NCBI GenBank assembly: GCA_040386535.1
Contig: JAZKFH010000037.1
Span: 91,729 to 155,728 of the forward strand
Direction: 5' to 3'
DNA length: 64,000 nucleotides
Source: Myxococcota bacterium
Lineage (GTDB): Bacteria; Myxococcota_A; UBA796; SXON01
Below, one piece after another: positions 9,779 to 19,314 of this stretch; position 1 is the stretch's first letter, and each line of letters begins with the position of its first letter. Below the pieces are notes generated by a model that ran no database searches, was not told the DNA's origin, and worked only from the letters and a program-made list of their open reading frames with translations. The position numbers and the translations under genes were made by a program.

Positions 9779-9802
9779 GATAGTTCGAAGCGTCGAACTA
9801 TC
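9779..9802. promoter_or_regulatory. Probable MarR operator (perfect inverted repeat)
   Basis: GATAGTTCGA-AGCG-TCGAACTATC lies 27-50 nt upstream of the marR start. An extra ACTATC half-site is at 9763-9768. Confidence 0.75.
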
Positions 9803-9877
9803 GCGACCGCGACCGCGAGCAAGGGACGATCGTGTGAAGAAGTGCGAAGAGGCCCCGCCGACGCCCGAAGGCCGCGC

Positions 9878-10987
9878 CTACCGCACGTCCGCCTCGGCGT
9901 AGACCCCCGCTTCCACGCCGGGCCCCTCCCCACGGAGCGCCTCGTCGAAGAAGACGGTGCTGTAGTGCCGCACGATCGGCGCCGAGGTCTCCAGGGGCAG
10001 GAAGCTCGCCGCGTCGCACGCCTCGGGCGCGGGCGTGAAGCCCGGGCACCCGTCGGTCGCGAGCTGGAGAAGGAGCCCGTAGACGGTGTCGTTCAGGTCG
10101 TCGCGGCCCGCCAGCCACGTCTCGGCGCTGCCCGCGAGATCGAGCTCGCACAGGTTGGAGAACGCGAGGTGGCCGGCGCCCACCACCCGCACCAGCTCGC
10201 CGTCCTGGAGGGCCTCCGCCGCTACGATCGCGTCGGCGTCGGGCGCGAAGGTGTCGCACGTCCCGCCGAGCAGCATCGTCCGGACGCTCCGCTCGGGCGC
10301 GGCGAAGCCGGCCATGGGGAGGAGCGCGGAGAAGCGGGCGTTGTCCTCCCCGACGCCCACGGTCGTCCCCGCGCCGGCCGAGTGCCCGGAGAGGCCGAGC
10401 TGGGCAGGGTCGATCGCCCCGGCGAAGAAGCCCTCGGTGGCGGCGGCGTCGACCCACGCGACGGCGGCGGCGATGTCGTCCTCGGCGGGATCCGCGCCCC
10501 CGAAGGCGGAGAGGTCACACCCCTCGAGCGGGGGCGAGAACAGGCAGGGGAGGATGTCGCCCATCATGCGGCCGGGGTGGTCGGCGGCGACCACGACGTA
10601 GCCGCGGGAGGCGAGGTGCACGGTGTAGTCGAGGGACTGGAGCCGCATGCCGCCGAAGCCGTGGGAGAAGAGGACCACGGGGTAGGGGGCCTCGGGCACG
10701 CGGAGGGGGGCATCGCGCACGGCGCCGCTGTCGAAGGTGGGAAACGACACATCCCCCACGGCGTCGAGGAACACGGCGGGCAGGAACACGTCGAAGTCGG
10801 GCGACTCGGTGGCCCCGGTGGTGCTGTCGCTGGCGGGGTACCAGACCTCGAGCGTGACATCGCCGGTCACGACGGTCGTGACGCCGACCGGCGCGCCGCT
10901 CTCCGCGGGATCCGCCGGCAGGGTGAGCGGCTCGGGCGTGGGGGCGTCGGGTGCGGGTTCGGCGCAGGCGAGCAGGAGCGTCAGCAT
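9878..10987 (-). CDS. Alpha/beta hydrolase lipoprotein (PAF-acetylhydrolase/dienelactone hydrolase-like)
   Basis: MLTLLLAC lipobox, VWYPA, FSHGFGG, LASRGYVVVAADH, nucleophile GHSAG, AGHLAFS. Confidence 0.85.
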   Translation of the reverse strand: MLTLLLACAEPAPDAPTPEPLTLPADPAESGAPVGVTTVVTGDVTLEVWYPASDSTTGATESPDFDVFLPAVFLDAVGDVSFPTFDSGAVRDAPLRVPEAPYPVVLFSHGFGGMRLQSLDYTVHLASRGYVVVAADHPGRMMGDILPCLFSPPLEGCDLSAFGGADPAEDDIAAAVAWVDAAATEGFFAGAIDPAQLGLSGHSAGAGTTVGVGEDNARFSALLPMAGFAAPERSVRTMLLGGTCDTFAPDADAIVAAEALQDGELVRVVGAGHLAFSNLCELDLAGSAETWLAGRDDLNDTVYGLLLQLATDGCPGFTPAPEACDAASFLPLETSAPIVRHYSTVFFDEALRGEGPGVEAGVYAEADVR

Positions 10988-11006
10988 GCGCCCGCTTATC
11001 CCCTCC

Positions 11007-12509
11007 TCACTCGGTGGGAACGGTGACGGGGCGGGGCGGAAGGTACCCGTCGGCGACGACGCGCGGGTCGTGGCTCCAGGTGCCGAAGTCCCCGCGCGAG
11101 GCGCCGGCGAGCTCCACACGTGTGTCGAAGGCCCACTCGCCCCGGCGGGCCCACTCGCCTTCGTGGCGCCCGATCACGAGATCGTCGATCATCGGCGCGA
11201 GGTAGGGGAGGGGGTACCCGTGGATGCCGGCCCGGAGCGCCCCGGCCTCGTCGGCACCGGAGGGCAGCGGCGTCGTGACCGAGCCGTGGTAGCCCATGTG
11301 GAGGGGGAGGGTGCCGCCCTCGGGCCGCCCCTCGCGCGAGAAGTGGAGCATCGCCGGCGCGAGCGCCACGAGGTTCGGCCCGAACACGCGCCGCGCCGGA
11401 TCGTCGGCGTGCACCACGGACAGGACGGACACGCCGTCGGCACGCAGGGGCCCGACCCGGCCGGACCACACGCCCTCGGCGCCCGCGCCGTCCGCCCCGC
11501 CCATCACGGCCATCGGCACCGCGTAGTCGAGCCCGTCGGAGTCCCCGTAGCGGGCCAGATAGTCACGAACGACCGCGCCGCCCTGGCTGTAGCCGAAGGC
11601 GAGGGTGCGCACGGTGCCCTCGAACCCGCCGGCACGCACGAGCAGATCGTGCAGGTTCTCCACGCCGTCCGCCGGCTTCGCGTCCCGCGCGACGATGTTG
11701 TCGACGGTGTTGGCGTAGGGCACCACGAGCGCGAACACGCTGCTGCCGTGCGCACGGAGCGCCTCGGCGATGACCAGCCCGTAGGTGCGCATCTTGTCGA
11801 GCTCGCCGTCCAGGCGGAAGGTGCGCGGCTTCTTGAACATGCCGCGGATCACCGCGCCGCCGGTGCTGCCCGTCGCGAGGTCGGGTGTGAACGTCGGCGG
11901 CACCTCGAACACGACGGTCGAGCCGGGTGTCGCCCCCGCGAGGTCGAGGTACCCCCCGACGAGGGCCACCTGCTCGCTCCGATCGCCGGGCAGCGCGTCC
12001 ACGATGCCCATGTCCTCGACGAGCGCGCGGTCGACCCCGGCGGCCGCGAGCCGCCCCCCGAGCACGTCCCGGTAGAGCGCGTGGAGCGTGCCGCCGTCGA
12101 TCGCGTCCTGCCGGGCCCACGCGCGCGCGTTGAGCGGGATGCCGAGCGCGCTGGTCCACTGCGCGGCGCCGGCGGGGGCCACCGTGTCGCCCGCGAGCAT
12201 GGTGGGGCCGGCCTCGACGTGCGGCCACCGAATGGCGACGCCGCCGAGGTGCCCGCCGATCGCCGCCGGGGTGACCCGGACGCTCCCGGGGCCCGCCCAC
12301 TTCACGATGCGCCCGTTGTGCGCCGCGGTCACGACGGACCCGATCGGGAGCGACAACGATGCGCCGGGCTCGAGGGCCTCGCCGGGATCGAGCGAGGTGC
12401 CGTCGTTCCGGAGGACCCGCCCCTCCACCGCCAGGGCCCACGCCACGGGTGCGCGCTCCGCCGCCGCCGCTTCTCCGGACACGCCCAGCGTCGCCAGCGC
12501 CACGATCAC
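11007..12509 (-). CDS. Secreted protein with a C-terminal lipase/cutinase-like domain
   Basis: GTG start at a GTGA overlap. Signal peptide MIVALATLGVSGEAAA and GYSQGG nucleophile elbow. Confidence 0.6.
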   Translation of the reverse strand: MIVALATLGVSGEAAAAERAPVAWALAVEGRVLRNDGTSLDPGEALEPGASLSLPIGSVVTAAHNGRIVKWAGPGSVRVTPAAIGGHLGGVAIRWPHVEAGPTMLAGDTVAPAGAAQWTSALGIPLNARAWARQDAIDGGTLHALYRDVLGGRLAAAGVDRALVEDMGIVDALPGDRSEQVALVGGYLDLAGATPGSTVVFEVPPTFTPDLATGSTGGAVIRGMFKKPRTFRLDGELDKMRTYGLVIAEALRAHGSSVFALVVPYANTVDNIVARDAKPADGVENLHDLLVRAGGFEGTVRTLAFGYSQGGAVVRDYLARYGDSDGLDYAVPMAVMGGADGAGAEGVWSGRVGPLRADGVSVLSVVHADDPARRVFGPNLVALAPAMLHFSREGRPEGGTLPLHMGYHGSVTTPLPSGADEAGALRAGIHGYPLPYLAPMIDDLVIGRHEGEWARRGEWAFDTRVELAGASRGDFGTWSHDPRVVADGYLPPRPVTVPTE

Positions 12510-13909
12510 TGCGGGTACGGCCGGTACAGCGGGTCGCCCACGAACACCATCATCCACGCTCCCACGATCGTAGACTCGTAAGCGGCTTCCCCGAACGTGG
12601 CCCCCTGGAGTAAGTACAGGAACAGTTGGTCGTACTCGGGCATCCCGGTCACGTACGGCTCGTTCACGGCGCCGAACGTGGCGGTGATCCCGCGCTTCAG
12701 CGCCTCGCCGGACCACGATCCGCCGCGCAGGTCACACGCGGAGCACGAGTCGAGGTGCCCGCCGATGGCGCCCGGGGCCCAGGTGAACGCGTCGTTGTAG
12801 TGGTTGAAGCTGTACCAACCCGCATAGTACAACGCGTCGGGGCAGATGAGCGGCGCGGGATCCGTCCCGAACTCGGCCGAGTTGCCGTCCCACACGACGT
12901 CGTACGCTCCGTCGTCTTCGAAGATCCGGCGCGTCCCCCACATGTTCCACTCGCCCGCCTCGTAGCTGCCGCGCGTGTCGGTCGCCGGGGGGGTGTCGCC
13001 GAGGTTGCCGTCCACGTACACGATGCCCGCGAGCGCGTCGGCGGCCGCGAGCGCCTCGGCCGCGGCGGTGCGGTCGACGAGGTCCATGGCGGCGTCGGCG
13101 TCGGCGCCGTCGATGCGGGCGACCAGGTAGTACGGGTCGGAGAGGTTGTTCCGGATGGCCCCGAACGCCTTGTAGGGGTTGTACTCGCCCGCGAGGCTGT
13201 CACCGCGGCGGTACACCCGGTTCTCGAACGGCTCGGTGAACGCCTTGGCGGCCGCCCCGTACACCAGCAGGGCGTCGAGGCTCACGGTGACGAGCGTGTC
13301 GGTGTAGTAGAGGTCGCGCACGCGGTCCGCGACCTTGTAGGGCACGCCGTACACGGGGATCACGTAGTAGACGTGGGGGCCGACCGCGTCGATGCAGGCC
13401 TGCACCGCGTCCAGGAACGGGTCGGTCTCGGCGGCGGTGAGCGTGGTCGCGTCGGCCGCCTGCACCGCGCACCGGGCGGGGATGCCACGAAAATCCCCGT
13501 AGTAGTCCGCGACCGCCTCGGAGCCCTCGATGGAGGGGTTGTAGAGCACGACGGCGCGCGCGGCGAGCGGCCAGTCGACGCTGCGCTCCACGGTGCTGGT
13601 CGCGGTCCCGTCGCAGGTGGTGGCGGTGGCGGTGACCGTCTCGGCCTCGTTCACGGCGAGGTCGGTGGGGAGCGTCCATCGGACCACGACGCCGGTGTCG
13701 GGGGTGACCGTCCCGTGGGTCACCGTCCAGGTGGCGGAGGCGGTGGCGGCGAGCGTCAACGTGCCGCCGGGCACGGCGTCCCCCGTGACGGTGATCTCCC
13801 CGAGGACGCAGGCGCCATCGGTGTCATCGGGGGCAGTGTCACCGTGGGCAGAGTCCCCGGGCGGCGCGTCGTCCGGGGAGGCGGTGCAGGCGAGCAGGAA
13901 CAGCAGCAT
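12506..13909 (-). CDS. TIGR03790-family-like lipoprotein
   Basis: MLLFLLAC start. Motifs SEAVADYY, YLVARIDG, YYAGWYS, PGAIGGHLDS, TFGAVNEPY and VGDPLYRPY. Confidence 0.8.
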   Translation of the reverse strand: MLLFLLACTASPDDAPPGDSAHGDTAPDDTDGACVLGEITVTGDAVPGGTLTLAATASATWTVTHGTVTPDTGVVVRWTLPTDLAVNEAETVTATATTCDGTATSTVERSVDWPLAARAVVLYNPSIEGSEAVADYYGDFRGIPARCAVQAADATTLTAAETDPFLDAVQACIDAVGPHVYYVIPVYGVPYKVADRVRDLYYTDTLVTVSLDALLVYGAAAKAFTEPFENRVYRRGDSLAGEYNPYKAFGAIRNNLSDPYYLVARIDGADADAAMDLVDRTAAAEALAAADALAGIVYVDGNLGDTPPATDTRGSYEAGEWNMWGTRRIFEDDGAYDVVWDGNSAEFGTDPAPLICPDALYYAGWYSFNHYNDAFTWAPGAIGGHLDSCSACDLRGGSWSGEALKRGITATFGAVNEPYVTGMPEYDQLFLYLLQGATFGEAAYESTIVGAWMMVFVGDPLYRPYPQ

Positions 13910-14006
13910 GGGCGTGCATCATCGCACGTCCCCGGTTCCGGAAGGGCGGGGGGGACGGCAGGAGGGCCGCCGCGCGTCCACGCGGCGACCCAACGCCCGT
14001 CATGGT

Positions 14007-14645
14007 CTACGGTTCCTCGGGCGCCTCGGGAGCCTCGACCTTGAAGCTCGTGGTCGCGGTCTGCTTGCCGACCGTGAACCGCACGGTCACCTCGTAGTCG
14101 CCCGGCGTGAGCGGCTCCATGTTGTAGGTGGCCTCTTCCATGTCTTCCGCCTGAACCGTCCACTGCGTCGCCTTGGGCGAACACATCGGGCGCACCTCGA
14201 CCGCCTCGCCGTCGGGGCCCTGGATGGTCCACAGGGACACGAGGCAGCTGGTGTCCGTCTCCACGGAGACCGGTCCGTCGGCGCAGGTGTTCTGCATGAT
14301 GCCGGCCAGCATCGGCATGTCCTCGGGGGTGAACGTCTCGGCGAGCTCGCCGCTGGCGTCGCGCACCTCGGCCCGGAACTCGAGGTCGTCGGGCGTGCAG
14401 GCGGGCTCCACGGCCGTGTCGGTCGCGGTGTCCGTGTCGGTCGCCGTGTCCGTATCCGTCGCGGTGTCCGTGTCGGTCGCCGTGTCGGTGTCGGTGCCGC
14501 TGTCGGTGTCGGTGCCGCTGTCGGTGTCGGTGCCGCTGTCGGTGTCCACGGTGGGGTCGGTGTCGGTGCTGCCGCCCGTGTCTTCGTCGTCCTTGGGCGT
14601 ACAGCCCACGGCCATCAGCGCCATCAGCAGGGTCAGGGTCTTCAT
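14007..14645 (-). CDS. Lipoprotein with a Thr/Asp-rich linker and a small Ig-like (BsuPI-like) domain
   Basis: GGAGG SD, MKTLTLLMALMAVGC lipobox, TDTDSG/TDTDTA repeats, C-terminal PLTPGDYEVTVRF. Confidence 0.75.
   Translation of the reverse strand: MKTLTLLMALMAVGCTPKDDEDTGGSTDTDPTVDTDSGTDTDSGTDTDSGTDTDTATDTDTATDTDTATDTDTATDTAVEPACTPDDLEFRAEVRDASGELAETFTPEDMPMLAGIMQNTCADGPVSVETDTSCLVSLWTIQGPDGEAVEVRPMCSPKATQWTVQAEDMEEATYNMEPLTPGDYEVTVRFTVGKQTATTSFKVEAPEAPEEP
14414..14570. repeat. Coding tandem repeat with an 18-bp unit (Thr/Asp linker)
   Basis: Repeated gtgtcggtgtcggtgccgct and gtgtccgtgtcggtcgc units encode TDTDSG and TDTDTA. Confidence 0.85.
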
Positions 14646-14750
14646 GTCCAGCCTCCGTTCGCCAGGGAATCTGGCCACCGAAGCGCCGATTCAACAGGGT
14701 GAACCTGTCACATTCCTTCAACCCGAGCCCCCTCCACCCCCCGAGACCCG

Positions 14751-16028
14751 CTACAGGTCGGCCTTTCCGGCGCGGTTGCGGAGCAGGATCACCGCCATGA
14801 ACCCGAGCGACACGGCCGCCGACCCCACGAGGAGCGCGAGGATGGGCCCGAGATCGCCCTTGCCCGTGTCGTAGAGGCGCCCGATCACCAGCTCCTGCAC
14901 GATGGGCCCGAGCGAGCCGCACCCGTTGATGATTCCGGCGGCCAGGGCGGCGCGGCGGCGCGAGCCCACGTCCACGGCCCCAGCGCCCGTCATGAGCGCG
15001 TCGGGGCCGTAGAGCGCGAAGCCGGCGAGCCCGAGGCACACCGCGAACGCCGTCACCGAGGACGCGCCGACCGTGTAGAGCGCGAGGGTGGCGACCACGA
15101 GCCCCACGAGGAACACGAAGCTGATGCCGGCACGGCGGCCGCGGAAGAGGCGGTCGGACAGCACACCCGCGATGACGACGCCGGCCACACCGGCCACGTC
15201 GAACACCGTGGAGAGGTAGCCCGCGTCGCTCCCGGTGAGGCCGAAGTTCTTCTCCAGGAAGAAGGGGGCCCACGACCAGAGGGCATAGCGGATGAGCTTG
15301 AGGAAGAAGTAGAAGGCGCCGATCAGGGCGACGTTGACGATGACGTCGCGCGACCACGGCGCGTCCGTGTCGGACTCGGGCACGCCCTCCGGATCGTCGA
15401 CCGCGGGGAGGCCGAGATCCTGGGGCCGGTTCCGCTGGTTGAGGAGCACGAACACCCACACCGCGGCGAGCACGAGGGCGCCGCCCACGAAGCTGTAGCG
15501 CCACCCGTACGCCCCGAGGAGCCACGCGGCGAACGTGTTGGCGAGCACCCCGCCCACCTGGAAGTTGGTTGCCCACAACCCCATCACGGTGCCACGTTCG
15601 CGCCGGTGGAACCAATTCGCCATGGTGCCGACGTTGCCCGCCCAGCCCGTGGCCTGCGCGAGCCCGTTGAGCACCATCAGGCCCAGGAACGTGGCGAACG
15701 AGTTTCCGAACCCGAAGCCGACGTTCACCCCGATTGACACCGCCATGCCGCCCAGGAGCAGCACGCGCGGCCCCCACTTGTCACCCAGCGCGCCCGACAC
15801 GAACTGCCCGACCGCGTAGGCCACGAGGTAGACCGTGCCGATCGTGCCGAGCTGTGTCGCGCCGAACCCGAGATCGGTGGAGAGGCTCGCCTTGGCCAGG
15901 TAGAACGGCTTGCGACAGAAGTAGTAGCCGGCGTAGCAGAGCCACGTCGCGGCGAACACCCGCCACCGCCACTGGCGCAGGAGCGGGGGCATCGCGGGCG
16001 AGAGCGGAGGGGCGGCCTGGGGGTTCAT
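14751..16028 (-). CDS. MFS transporter, GlpT/UhpC (organophosphate:Pi antiporter) family
   Basis: WLCYAGYYFCRKPF, YAVGQFVSGALGD, WFHRRERGTVMGLW, AAGIINGCGSLG. About 12 TM helices. Confidence 0.9.
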   Translation of the reverse strand: MNPQAAPPLSPAMPPLLRQWRWRVFAATWLCYAGYYFCRKPFYLAKASLSTDLGFGATQLGTIGTVYLVAYAVGQFVSGALGDKWGPRVLLLGGMAVSIGVNVGFGFGNSFATFLGLMVLNGLAQATGWAGNVGTMANWFHRRERGTVMGLWATNFQVGGVLANTFAAWLLGAYGWRYSFVGGALVLAAVWVFVLLNQRNRPQDLGLPAVDDPEGVPESDTDAPWSRDVIVNVALIGAFYFFLKLIRYALWSWAPFFLEKNFGLTGSDAGYLSTVFDVAGVAGVVIAGVLSDRLFRGRRAGISFVFLVGLVVATLALYTVGASSVTAFAVCLGLAGFALYGPDALMTGAGAVDVGSRRRAALAAGIINGCGSLGPIVQELVIGRLYDTGKGDLGPILALLVGSAAVSLGFMAVILLRNRAGKADL

Positions 16029-16121
16029 CGCGCGGAGGATACTCCTCGGGCGGGCCCGCGCCGCGCGCCGACGCGAGAACGTCACGCGCGCCGGCCTCGG
16101 TGTTCGTCTCCGAGCGGGCGG

Positions 16122-16916
16122 CTACCTCGTGCGGCGCCGCACCAGGAGCAACGCGAGCGCCAGCGGGGCGAAGCCGGCGGCGCCCGAGGTGCCGCAGAGG
16201 GGCGGGCCCGGGGCCTCCGTGTCGTCCGCGATGTCGATGCGCTGGGCCTCGCCGCGCACCCCGCTCGACGACACCGCCGCGATCTCGAAGGCGGGCGGGT
16301 TGAGCGCGCCGTCCTGCTCCCACTGGCGGTACCGGAGCGTGTGTGTCCCCGGGCCGATCCCAACGTCGAGCCGTTGGAGGGAAGGCGTCTCGGTGATCTG
16401 GGTCTCCCCTTCGAACAGCCCCTTCAGCTCGACGTAGGCCCACGGATCGGCCGACGTGGACTCGACCTCGAACGAGACCTCGCGGGTGAAGCCGCAACAG
16501 CCCCAGACGTGCTGCTCCTCTTCCTCCGACCAGTCGCCCACCGTGACGCCGAGCACGGTCGGGGTCGAGGGGGCGGGCGCGGCGCTGGTGCCGACGGTGA
16601 AGGAGATCTCGCCGAAGGCAGCCTCATCCCAGCCCTGCGCAGGGACCTCGATCCGGTAGGTGGCGCCGGCCTCCCAGGCGTGCGTGAACTGCACGAGGGT
16701 CTCGTTGCCCGACGGATAGGGCAGGAGCGACTCGGACGCCAGGGCGAACGGCGCGCCGGGACCCTCGACCACGTTGGCACTCACGTCGAAGTTGGCGTCG
16801 TACAGCAGCAGGGCGTCCGTGGGCGCGTCGGTCCGCTCGGGCAGGGCGAAGTCCCCCTGGTTGTCCGTAGGGCCGGAGTCGGCGTGGGCGAGCAGGGAGA
16901 GAAGCAGCAACATCAT
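16122..16916 (-). CDS. Exported protein with a MYXO-CTERM-like C-terminal sorting tail
   Basis: Signal MMLLLLLSLLAHA after GGAGG. The C-terminus LCGTSGAAGFAPLALALLLVRRRTR has a Cys, a TM helix and an Arg cluster. Confidence 0.7.
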   Translation of the reverse strand: MMLLLLSLLAHADSGPTDNQGDFALPERTDAPTDALLLYDANFDVSANVVEGPGAPFALASESLLPYPSGNETLVQFTHAWEAGATYRIEVPAQGWDEAAFGEISFTVGTSAAPAPSTPTVLGVTVGDWSEEEEQHVWGCCGFTREVSFEVESTSADPWAYVELKGLFEGETQITETPSLQRLDVGIGPGTHTLRYRQWEQDGALNPPAFEIAAVSSSGVRGEAQRIDIADDTEAPGPPLCGTSGAAGFAPLALALLLVRRRTR

Positions 16917-17032
16917 GGCCTCCGCCGAGGACCATACACGCGGCGCCGTGCACCCGCTATGGCGACGCGAGGCGCGCCCGTGGATCATCGGCACCCCCGT
17001 TGCGCTAAGCTGCCGCGCGTGTCGTGCCCCCC

Positions 17033-18394
17033 ATGAACCTCTCCGCCACCATCCGCGGCTCCACCTACCGCTTCGCCTCCGTGAAGGAGGTGCTTGCCAA
17101 GGCCAACCCGCCCAAGAGTGGGGACGATCTCGCCGGTGTGTCCGCGCGCGAGCCGGTCGAGCGGGTGGCCGCGCGCGCCGTCCTCGCCGAGATCACCCTG
17201 GCCGAGCTGCGCCAGCACCCGGTGGTGCCCTACGAGGTCGACGAGATCACGCGTCTGGTGGAGGATTCGCTCGACGACGCCGCGTTCGCCGCGGTCAAGC
17301 ACCTCTCCGTCGGCCAGTTCCGGGAGTGGCTGCTCGACACGCGCACCACCGGCCCGACGATGCGCGCCGTGGCGCCCGGCCTCACGCCCGAGATGGCCGC
17401 CGCCACGTGCAAGCTCATGTCCAACATGGATCTCATGGTGGTGGGTGCCAAGGCCGAGGTGGTCGTACGCGCCAACAACACGCTCGGGCTGCCGGGGCGG
17501 CTGTCCTCGCGCCTCCAACCGAACCACCCCACCGACGACATCGACGGCATCCTCTACTCCGCGCGGGAGGGCCTCTCCTACGGCTGCGGGGACGCGGTAA
17601 TCGGCGTGAACCCCGCCACCGACACCCCCGAGTCCACCGCGCAGATCCTCACGCGCCTCCACGAATTGCGTGTCAAGAACGGGATCCCCACCCAACATTG
17701 CGTCCTGTCCCACGTGACGGTGCAGATGAAGGCGTTGGACCTCGGCTGTCCGATGGATCTGATGTTCCAGTCGCTCTCCGGCAGCGAGCGTGGCAACCGC
17801 GCGTTCGGCATCTCCGTGGCCCTCATCGACGAGGCCTACGACAAGATGCGGCGGCTCACGAGCAACCGCGGGCCAAACGTCATGTACTTCGAGACGGGGC
17901 AAGGGAGCGCGCTCTCCTCCGACGCCCACCACGGCGCCGACCAGGTGACGTTGGAGGCCCGGTGCTACGGCTTCGCGCGGCGCTACAAGCCCTTCCTGGT
18001 CAACACGGTCGTCGGCTTCATCGGCCCCGAGTACCTGGAGGACGGCCCGCAGATCACCCGCGCCGGCCTCGAGGACCACTTCATGGGGAAGCTCCTCGGC
18101 TTGCCGATGGGCTGCGACGCGTGTTTCACCTACCACGCGCGCATGAGCCAGGACGAGCTGGAGAACCTCAAGGTGCTCCTCGGCGCGGCCGGCTGCACCT
18201 ACCTGATGTCCCTGCCCGTCGGCGACGACATCATGCTCAACTACCAGAGCACCTCCTTCCACGACATCCCGTCCGTGCGCGGCCTGCTCGGCAAGCGCCC
18301 CACGCCCGAGTTCGACGCGTGGCTCTGCGAGAAGGGGATCCTCGACGGCTCCGTGCCCGGCGAGCGTTTCGGCGACCCGACGGTGTTGCAGTGA
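17033..18394 (+). CDS. eutB: Ethanolamine ammonia-lyase large subunit
   Basis: LAKANPPKSGDDLAG, RLQPNHPTDD, GDAVIGVNP, MYFETGQGSALS, NTVVGFIGPEYL, GLEDHFMGKLLG. Confidence 0.97.
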   Translation: MNLSATIRGSTYRFASVKEVLAKANPPKSGDDLAGVSAREPVERVAARAVLAEITLAELRQHPVVPYEVDEITRLVEDSLDDAAFAAVKHLSVGQFREWLLDTRTTGPTMRAVAPGLTPEMAAATCKLMSNMDLMVVGAKAEVVVRANNTLGLPGRLSSRLQPNHPTDDIDGILYSAREGLSYGCGDAVIGVNPATDTPESTAQILTRLHELRVKNGIPTQHCVLSHVTVQMKALDLGCPMDLMFQSLSGSERGNRAFGISVALIDEAYDKMRRLTSNRGPNVMYFETGQGSALSSDAHHGADQVTLEARCYGFARRYKPFLVNTVVGFIGPEYLEDGPQITRAGLEDHFMGKLLGLPMGCDACFTYHARMSQDELENLKVLLGAAGCTYLMSLPVGDDIMLNYQSTSFHDIPSVRGLLGKRPTPEFDAWLCEKGILDGSVPGERFGDPTVLQ

Positions 18395-19314
18395 GCCTGA
18401 CTCGCACGCTCGTCCACGATCTGCGCGCCCGCCTCGCCGGCCGCGATCCCCTCCCGCCGCCGCCCCCCGTGCCGGAGATCCCGCTCCCGCCGGCCCGGGT
18501 CTTCCCGTCGCCCAAACGACGCAGCCCGTTCGCCGCCGCCGCCGCGCGGCACACCACCGCGCTGGTCGGCATCGGGCACGTCGGCACGCGCTACGCCACG
18601 GACGTGGTGCTCCAGTTCCAGGCCGAGCTCGCCGTGGCGCACGGCGCCGTCTCCACCGCGCTCCCCGTCGACTGGGCCGAAAAGAACGGCCTCTTGCCGC
18701 TCCACTCGCGCGTGCGCGACCACCGCGAGTTCCTGCTCCGGCCGGATCTCGGGCGGCGCCTCGACGAGGCGAGCGTGGCGCGGCTGCGGGAACATGCGCG
18801 GAAGAACGTCGACATCCAGCCCATCCTGGCGGACGGCCTCTCCGCCGTGGCGTGTATGGGCGCCGGGATGGCGCTGCTCGACCACTTCGTGAAGGCGTGC
18901 GAGGCGCTCGGCTACTCCGTCGGCACGCCGATGTGCGCGCGGTTCGCCCGGGTGTGGCTCGAGGACGAGATCGGAGAGGTGGTCGGCGCCAAGGTGTCGG
19001 CCATCCTGCTCGGCGAGCGCCCGGGGCTGGGCACGGGAGACGGCTTATCGGCGTACCTCGTCTACGATCCGAAGGTCGGCCGCACCGACGGAGACCGCAA
19101 CATGATGTCCAACATCCACGCGCGCGGCGCGCCCCCCGAGCAGGCGGGCAAGCGGCTCGCGGCGCTGGCGGGCGCCATGTTGACCCAACGCACCTCGGGT
19201 GTGCCGCTCGATCTCGGGCCGGTGCGTGACCAGCTCGGCGGCGCGATCGGCGCCGGCTACCGCGCGCCCGATCCCCGGGTGCGCCTCGTGTCGGTGGGAG
19301 GGGAGGCCAAGTGA
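18391..19314 (+). CDS. eutC: Ethanolamine ammonia-lyase small subunit
   Basis: GTG start overlapping the eutB stop. FLLRPDLGRRL, ADGLSA, LLGERPGL, SAYLVY, DRNMMSNIH. Confidence 0.92.
   Translation: MSLTRTLVHDLRARLAGRDPLPPPPPVPEIPLPPARVFPSPKRRSPFAAAAARHTTALVGIGHVGTRYATDVVLQFQAELAVAHGAVSTALPVDWAEKNGLLPLHSRVRDHREFLLRPDLGRRLDEASVARLREHARKNVDIQPILADGLSAVACMGAGMALLDHFVKACEALGYSVGTPMCARFARVWLEDEIGEVVGAKVSAILLGERPGLGTGDGLSAYLVYDPKVGRTDGDRNMMSNIHARGAPPEQAGKRLAALAGAMLTQRTSGVPLDLGPVRDQLGGAIGAGYRAPDPRVRLVSVGGEAK

Noticed and set aside
14414..14570. Short tandem repeats as a CRISPR array or contingency locus
   Set aside because: There are no unique spacers. The in-frame 18-bp units encode a Thr/Asp linker, and no cas genes are present.
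16920..17032. Cobalamin riboswitch or ANTAR hairpins upstream of eutB
   Set aside because: The intergenic region is only about 115 nt, and no B12-box or tandem ANTAR motif was recognised.
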